DNA of 64,000 bases, from NCBI GenBank assembly GCA_963665125.2, contig CAXXUK010000002.1:288001-352000 (forward strand). The letters are read 5' to 3'. The stretch is from an uncultured Desulfarculus sp. Lineage in GTDB: Bacteria > Desulfobacterota > Desulfarculia > Desulfarculales > Desulfarculaceae. The first letter of the stretch is position 1; each line of letters opens with the position of its first letter. The position numbers and the translations under genes are program-made. Below the pieces are notes generated by a model. That model ran no database searches, had not been told where the DNA came from, and worked only from the letters and a program-made list of their open reading frames with translations. Of this stretch, positions 58,597 to 64,000 are shown piece after piece.

Positions 58597-60903
58597 TTAG
58601 TTTCCGAACAGCCCCTTGAGCAGGTTGCCGCTGACGCGCAACACGGCCACGGGACGCTCCAGGGTGCCCTTTATCTCGATGGGAAAGCTGCCGTCCTGCC
58701 CCAGGAACCTCTTCAGGTCCCGGCCTATGCCTTCGCCCGAGAGCAACAGCCTTGCATCGACGTTGCCGTTGGACAACAGGGTCGACCCCTTGACCCGCAC
58801 ATCTATTTTTTCGCGGCTTTCGAGCAGGTTCAGGTTGTAGTCAAGCTTGCCGCCGGACATGGTGTAGTCGCCATCCAGGCGCGTGTAGAACTTGGGTATG
58901 TTTTGACGCACCAGCGGCGCGATGAATTGGCCGCCCTGCATTCGATCCAGGGCGTCGAAGGCCACTTCCACGCCGTCCGTGACCTCAATTTTCCCCTCGC
59001 CGGATGCGGTGCGTTTGATCTGCTCCGGAGTCAGGCCCAGGGCCTTGCCTTTGGCCTTGACATAAAACTCGCCTTTGACGATGCGAATGGGCATGCTGAA
59101 GATGTGCGTCGCTTTTTGTAAAAGGGCGAAGCGTTCCGGTGTAACTTTCATATGGCTGATACTAAAATCAAACGCGCTTTCCGGCTCGGCCTTCCTGGCG
59201 TCCAAGGCGGCCTTGGCTGTCAGCCTTCCTTCGAACAGCACGCACGAAAGTTCCTCCAGGTCCGCCTTGCCTTGGCCAAGCTTGGCCTTGGCCATGAAAT
59301 TCTCCAGCATCAGCCCTGAGTAGATAATCCTGCCGATGCCAACATTCAGGCTGAGATCCACCTGCTCCAAGGCTTTGCGAACATCGGCTGCAACGGATCC
59401 CTTGGGCGGGTTTGGCTGGGCATTGTCCCCGGCCTTGGCCGGCTGGCCCGGCCGGGAATTTTCCCTTGCCTTGGCGGGTTGGCCGTCTTCCGAGGCGGTC
59501 AGCAGGGCCAAGAACGGGTCAAGGTCCAAATCCGGCCCCGTGACGTTCAGGTGGGCCTTGATGATCTTGTCGAACGAGGCGTTGCCTTTGACAAAGATTT
59601 TGGTATTTCGGGACAAGATGGCCAGTTCGTCGATTAGCACATTGCCTTTGCCGTCAAACTTGAGGGTATAACGGTTGTCCAGGGCTTTTTCGGTGAAAGG
59701 CTTGGCCGCCCCGGGCATGAGCAGCGACAGATCGGTGATGGAGCCCCCGCCGTGCAGGGTTATGCTCTGGCTGTCGCTCTCCAATATGACCTCGTGTTTT
59801 GACATGCCCGACATCGCCAGCCCCTTGGGCATGAAGGCGGCAAAGGCCTGGCTCATTCTGGCCAGATTGGCCTTTTGTTCCAACCTGCCATGGGCTTTTC
59901 CGGGGCTCATGACTCCCTCGGCATTGAGTTCATAGCCTGCCGAAGGCAGCCAAATATATAATTTGTGCAGTTCGACGGTTTGGGCCGGGGTGTCGCCGGT
60001 GGCCGCGAATTCGATAAGGGCGTTTTGCAGGTCCAGGGGAGCGATATCGCTTTGAGGCTGGTGGACATAGAGGTTGTCCACGGCCAACGTGGCCCGCACC
60101 TCCGGGTGCTCACCGGTCCCGCGGACGTCCAGGCCCAGCTTGATCTTGCCCCGGCATTGCAGGCCGGGCAGAACCACGGCGGCCAGTTTGCCCACTTCAT
60201 CCAGGTCCAGCCCGGCGACGACCCTGGTAGGTTCGTCGGTGGGTCCTTGGGCTGTCTTGACCATGAAGTTGAGCCCGGGCGCCGTGAGTTTGATGTCGAT
60301 ACTGGCGGTTTTCCCTTGCACGTTGGTGCGCATGGCGGCCTGGGTGATGGGCCATTGGGCGCTTTGCCCGTTGGCCAGGTTGTGCAGATGCACCACGGAG
60401 CCGGTCATCTCCAACTGGCCTAAAAAGAAATGGGGCTTGGCCGCTTCGGCCGTTTCCATATCCGGCAGATCCGGCGTTTTTGTCGGCTCAGCGCCGCTTT
60501 TGGGCTTTTGGCCGGCAGGCATGTTCTGGATATTGAGTTTGCCCTGCTCGGAACTGACAACGGACAATTCGAGCCCGTCTATTTCCACCATGCCCAAGGC
60601 CACCGTGCCGTCCAAAAGGGGCAGCAGGGAAAACTGGGCGCTGAGCCTGTTGAGTTTGACCAGCGGCCTGTCGCCGTAGGGCTTGAGTTCACTCACCTCC
60701 AGGCCCTTGACCTCCACTTCGGCCCCGCCCAGAAGGCTCAGCGAAACGGATGCGATTTTGGTGGGACGTCCGGTCTGCTTTTCAATGGCCTGGGCCACCA
60801 TGCTTTCCAGGGGCAACAATAGCGGTACGACGGCCAGAGCCATCAGAACCACGACAACCAAAGCCAAGCAACCGATAGCGATCCATTTGACGGCTTTTTT
60901 CAT
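58597..60903 (-). CDS. AsmA family protein
   Basis: N-terminal anchor, EKQTGR, LSLLPLL-type motif, DLDLD, C-terminal IKGTLERP. Confidence 0.88.
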   Translation of the reverse strand: MKKAVKWIAIGCLALVVVVLMALAVVPLLLPLESMVAQAIEKQTGRPTKIASVSLSLLGGAEVEVKGLEVSELKPYGDRPLVKLNRLSAQFSLLPLLDGTVALGMVEIDGLELSVVSSEQGKLNIQNMPAGQKPKSGAEPTKTPDLPDMETAEAAKPHFFLGQLEMTGSVVHLHNLANGQSAQWPITQAAMRTNVQGKTASIDIKLTAPGLNFMVKTAQGPTDEPTRVVAGLDLDEVGKLAAVVLPGLQCRGKIKLGLDVRGTGEHPEVRATLAVDNLYVHQPQSDIAPLDLQNALIEFAATGDTPAQTVELHKLYIWLPSAGYELNAEGVMSPGKAHGRLEQKANLARMSQAFAAFMPKGLAMSGMSKHEVILESDSQSITLHGGGSITDLSLLMPGAAKPFTEKALDNRYTLKFDGKGNVLIDELAILSRNTKIFVKGNASFDKIIKAHLNVTGPDLDLDPFLALLTASEDGQPAKARENSRPGQPAKAGDNAQPNPPKGSVAADVRKALEQVDLSLNVGIGRIIYSGLMLENFMAKAKLGQGKADLEELSCVLFEGRLTAKAALDARKAEPESAFDFSISHMKVTPERFALLQKATHIFSMPIRIVKGEFYVKAKGKALGLTPEQIKRTASGEGKIEVTDGVEVAFDALDRMQGGQFIAPLVRQNIPKFYTRLDGDYTMSGGKLDYNLNLLESREKIDVRVKGSTLLSNGNVDARLLLSGEGIGRDLKRFLGQDGSFPIEIKGTLERPVAVLRVSGNLLKGLFGN

Positions 60904-61035
60904 TTCTGCCTCCCCCTTGTTCAGGCTGAGTTTGTCCCGAGCGGGTTGACGAGAGCCTGTCCCGGAATCTTACGGGCGTAATCCGGGCACGGGTTCATTA
61001 TGCCCGCATTGCATAAAAGTGTGAAGCTGATTGAC

Positions 61036-61095
61036 GGTCCCGAAGTCCGGGACAGCGGTCCGATTCGGTTAAAATTTGTCCCGATGTCCGGGACA
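61036..61095. promoter_or_regulatory. Two 19-bp palindromic enhancer-like sites
   Basis: GGTCCCG-AAGTC-CGGGACA (61036) and TGTCCCG-ATGTC-CGGGACA (61077), 41 bp apart. Confidence 0.65.
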
Positions 61096-61211
61096 ACGGG
61101 ATTGGATTGGCAATCAGTCTGTGGTGTCAACTGACTTGCCTGTGAAGATTGGCACTTGTAACACAAGGAAATTAAATGGAAATTCATCATTATTTTGATT
61201 GGTTGATCAGT

Positions 61212-61226
61212 TGGCACATTAGTTGC
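61212..61226 (+). promoter_or_regulatory. Sigma-54 promoter
   Basis: TGGCAC-ATTAG-TTGC consensus match. Confidence 0.8.
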
Positions 61227-61260
61227 CAATTAGTGGGGCATTCCAATAATGGGGTGTCAA

Positions 61261-61707
61261 ATGCAGTTGTTGCTATATGCGTCCGTCTTTAACGAGGATT
61301 GGGTTCGTCTCGGGTCGGTGGTTGAACAGGCCGCGCCGAGGGACAAGATTGAGATATACCGAAAAATATCATCTTTGCGAGATCGCCTGTCACGGCCCCT
61401 GAAAAGGCCGGCCATTTTAGTAATGCTGGCCGCGAACACAAGTGAACTTGCCGCTTTGTCCGAGCTTGCTTCCTTGCTCTACGATCTTAAAACCGTGTTG
61501 GTCCTACCGGACAGGACCATTTCCACCGTTAAACACGGGCACAAGCTTTCCCCAAGCTTCTACACCTATTTGGATAGTGACTTTTCAGATTTAAAAGCGG
61601 TGTTGCAACACATCTATGAATCCGGTGTCGGAAAACAACGCATTGCCGCCGGCCTTCTGCCTGGACCCGCAGCGGTACGATCCAGACAGATTGAAAAATC
61701 AGGCTGA
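61261..61707 (+). CDS. Hypothetical protein (possibly degenerate receiver-like)
   Basis: ORF directly after the sigma-54 promoter; VLVLPD...L.PSF pattern. Confidence 0.6.
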   Translation: MQLLLYASVFNEDWVRLGSVVEQAAPRDKIEIYRKISSLRDRLSRPLKRPAILVMLAANTSELAALSELASLLYDLKTVLVLPDRTISTVKHGHKLSPSFYTYLDSDFSDLKAVLQHIYESGVGKQRIAAGLLPGPAAVRSRQIEKSG

Positions 61708-61832
61708 AAAATAAGCAGCTTGTAAAGAGGCCGTTTGAATGCCCCCTTACGGTTTCTCAAATGCCGCTAGGAATGCAGATAGATTAGCAACTTGCCAAGG
61801 TATTGGAAAAGTTCAAACCGAGGAGAGGTAGG

Positions 61833-63821
61833 ATGAAAAAGATGAGCCTGAAAATTAAACTTATCGGCGGCTTCGTGATCGTGGCCCTGCTTACTTTGGG
61901 CGTGGGATTTGTGGGCTGGAACGGCTCCCGGACCCTGGGCGACAACATCGCCAAGGTTGGCGGCACCTGCCTGCCGGCAATCCAGGATCTGCTCAGCATC
62001 CGGGTTTTTTTGCAGCAGTTCGATTCCACCCAGCGCACCATGATGTTCACGAGTCTGAATATGGATGATCGCCAGAAATTGCACGAGGATATAAAGACAA
62101 TCCGCGGCGATTACAAAAAATCCATGGACGATTTCGAAAAACTTGACGTGGACGAAAGGGTGCAGGCTGCCTGGGGATCCTTCAAGGATGAAGTCAAGTT
62201 GGCCACCACGGAAAATGATAAGTTTTTCGCAGAAGCCAAAAAGCTCGAGGCCTCCCATATTCTCGATCCCGTGAGTTTAAGGGAAAAGCTGGAAGGCTTC
62301 CGCGGCGATCATTACAAGCTCATGGCCGGCACCTGCAACATGATCGGTCAAAATACGATTATTGAGGGTGGCGATGATCCCACCAAATGCGCCTTTGGCA
62401 AGTGGATGGCCTCTTTCCAAACTGAAAACCCCGGACTGAAAAAAGCCCTGGCCATCATCGACGCCCATCACAAGACCTTCCACGCTTCCGTGGGCGAAGT
62501 GCGCAACAAGGTGACCAGTGGCGACCTCGATTCGGCGGCTGTGATTTACAAAGACAAGATGGTCCCGGCGGCCAACTCCACCTTTGACGAGTTCCGCGCC
62601 ATGCGCAAGGAAGCGGCCAAGGCCCAGGAAATCTATGCATCGATGGATGCCACCATGCAAAAGGCCTCCGTCCTGACCGCCAAGGCCATCGCCTCCATTG
62701 ATAAAGCCATCGACACCACGGAAGGAATCGCCCACAACCGGGTGACTGAGGCCGACAGCAATTCAACCAGCGTGCAGCTTTTGACTCTGGTGGGTATGGG
62801 CGTGGGCTTTATAGTCTCGCTGTTGCTGGGCATCTTCACCAGCAACTCCATCACCAGGCCGCTCAACAGGGTGATCGAGGGCCTCACCGCGGGAAGCAGC
62901 CAAGTGGCCGCGGCGTCAAACCAGGTGGCCGGCTCCAGCCAGTCCCTGGCCGAAGGCTCGGCGACCCAGGCGGCGGCTTTGGAAGAGACCAGTTCCTCGT
63001 TGGAGGAAATGGCTTCCATGACCCGTCAGAACGCCGACAACGCCGAACAGGCCAACAGCCTTTCCCAGGAGGCCAACAGCCTGGTGGCCCGGGCAAACCA
63101 GGCCATGGTCGAGCTGACCCAATCCATGGAAGAGATCCGTCAAACCAGTGAAGAGACGTCCAAGATCATCAAGACCATCGACGAGATCGCCTTCCAGACC
63201 AACCTGTTGGCCCTCAACGCAGCGGTTGAGGCGGCCAGGGCGGGCGAAGCCGGTGCCGGCTTTGCCGTGGTGGCCGACGAGGTGCGTTCCCTGGCCATGC
63301 GCGCCGCCGAAGCGGCGAAGAACACCTCCGCGCTGATCGAAAGTTCGGTGAACAAGATTCAGCAGGGAGCCGATATCGTTCAGCGCACCAGCAAGGCCTT
63401 TGAGGAAGTTCACTCCGCCTCCGGACGCGTGGGTGAGTTGGTCGGTGAAATCGCCGCGGCCAGCCAGGAGCAGGCCCAGGGCATTACCCAGATCAACAAG
63501 GCCACCACGGACATGGATCAGGTGACCCAGAACAACGCCGCCAACGCCGAACAATCAGCCGCCGCGGCCCAGGAGATGAGCGCCCAGGCCGAAACCATGC
63601 AGGGTTATGTGGGAGATCTTCTCACCCTGGTCACCGGTGGCGAAGACAACAACAAGGGCCATGGGCTGATCGAGGCAGGCGCCAGGCGTGATACCGGCAA
63701 GAAGCCCCTGCTGCTCAGCCACAAGCCCAAAAATATCAACGGCTCCAAGGCCGCTTCGCAGGCGCCCGAACGGGTGATTCCCTTTGATCAGGATGGTGAA
63801 GGCGACTTCTCGGACTTTTAG
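61833..63821 (+). CDS. Methyl-accepting chemotaxis protein with CZB domain between the TMs
   Basis: TM1, 4HB-like region, H...CAFGKW...HHKTFH, TM2, [30 protein letters not shown]. Confidence 0.93.
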   Translation: MKKMSLKIKLIGGFVIVALLTLGVGFVGWNGSRTLGDNIAKVGGTCLPAIQDLLSIRVFLQQFDSTQRTMMFTSLNMDDRQKLHEDIKTIRGDYKKSMDDFEKLDVDERVQAAWGSFKDEVKLATTENDKFFAEAKKLEASHILDPVSLREKLEGFRGDHYKLMAGTCNMIGQNTIIEGGDDPTKCAFGKWMASFQTENPGLKKALAIIDAHHKTFHASVGEVRNKVTSGDLDSAAVIYKDKMVPAANSTFDEFRAMRKEAAKAQEIYASMDATMQKASVLTAKAIASIDKAIDTTEGIAHNRVTEADSNSTSVQLLTLVGMGVGFIVSLLLGIFTSNSITRPLNRVIEGLTAGSSQVAAASNQVAGSSQSLAEGSATQAAALEETSSSLEEMASMTRQNADNAEQANSLSQEANSLVARANQAMVELTQSMEEIRQTSEETSKIIKTIDEIAFQTNLLALNAAVEAARAGEAGAGFAVVADEVRSLAMRAAEAAKNTSALIESSVNKIQQGADIVQRTSKAFEEVHSASGRVGELVGEIAAASQEQAQGITQINKATTDMDQVTQNNAANAEQSAAAAQEMSAQAETMQGYVGDLLTLVTGGEDNNKGHGLIEAGARRDTGKKPLLLSHKPKNINGSKAASQAPERVIPFDQDGEGDFSDF

Positions 63822-63831
63822 ATAGGCTTTC

Positions 63832-63882
63832 AGGCGACGGGGAGAAAAGAACATCATCCCTCTCCCCGGCTCCCCGTCGCCT
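63832..63882 (+). terminator. Large-loop hairpin downstream of the MCP gene
   Basis: AGGCGACGGGGAG/CTCCCCGTCGCCT 13-bp inverted repeat. Confidence 0.5.
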
Positions 63883-64000
63883 AATCTTTCCGGTCAAAAA
63901 GCCGCTGGTAATTGGTGGGATGATAGCCGCGAACTACCTGCCCAACTTAGCAGTCTTTAAGCTACGTCTGGTGCTGCCGAATGGATGAACTGAGCCGCCT

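Noticed and set aside
61150..61166. Second sigma-54 promoter (TGGCACTTGTAACAC)
   Set aside because: Lacks the -12 GC element at the required spacing.

Overview
GC-rich chromosomal window from an anaerobic deltaproteobacterium, probably a Desulfarculaceae-like sulfate reducer (inferred from gene content only). It holds about 55 CDSs. Housekeeping genes: gap-like, lpxC, mobA, ubiX, upp, uraA. Signalling genes: two-component proteins, a PP2C phosphatase, two diguanylate cyclases, a sigma-54 activator and an MCP. Transport genes: RND, CDF, ZIP, a P3A H+-ATPase, and orphan TAXI, TupA and NMT1 binding proteins. No rRNA, tRNA or CRISPR array was seen. Most notable: (1) a histidine kinase / single receiver / receiver-formate-nitrite-channel fusion cluster (15.8-19.5 kb), suggesting a phosphorylation-gated channel; (2) an AT-rich, decaying polymorphic-toxin-like island (33.5-36.2 kb) with a mini-MuF-motif + phospholipase A2 gene split by one in-frame TGA and three paralogous membrane immunity-like genes, one hit by an IS481 element; (3) a ~1-kb hairpin-dense intergenic region with three tandem 112-bp triple-hairpin units (8.2-9.2 kb); (4) a signal-peptide-bearing Mo-oxidoreductase-like/tetrapyrrole-methyltransferase fusion beside tupA. 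All family assignments come from motif recognition by eye, not database searches.
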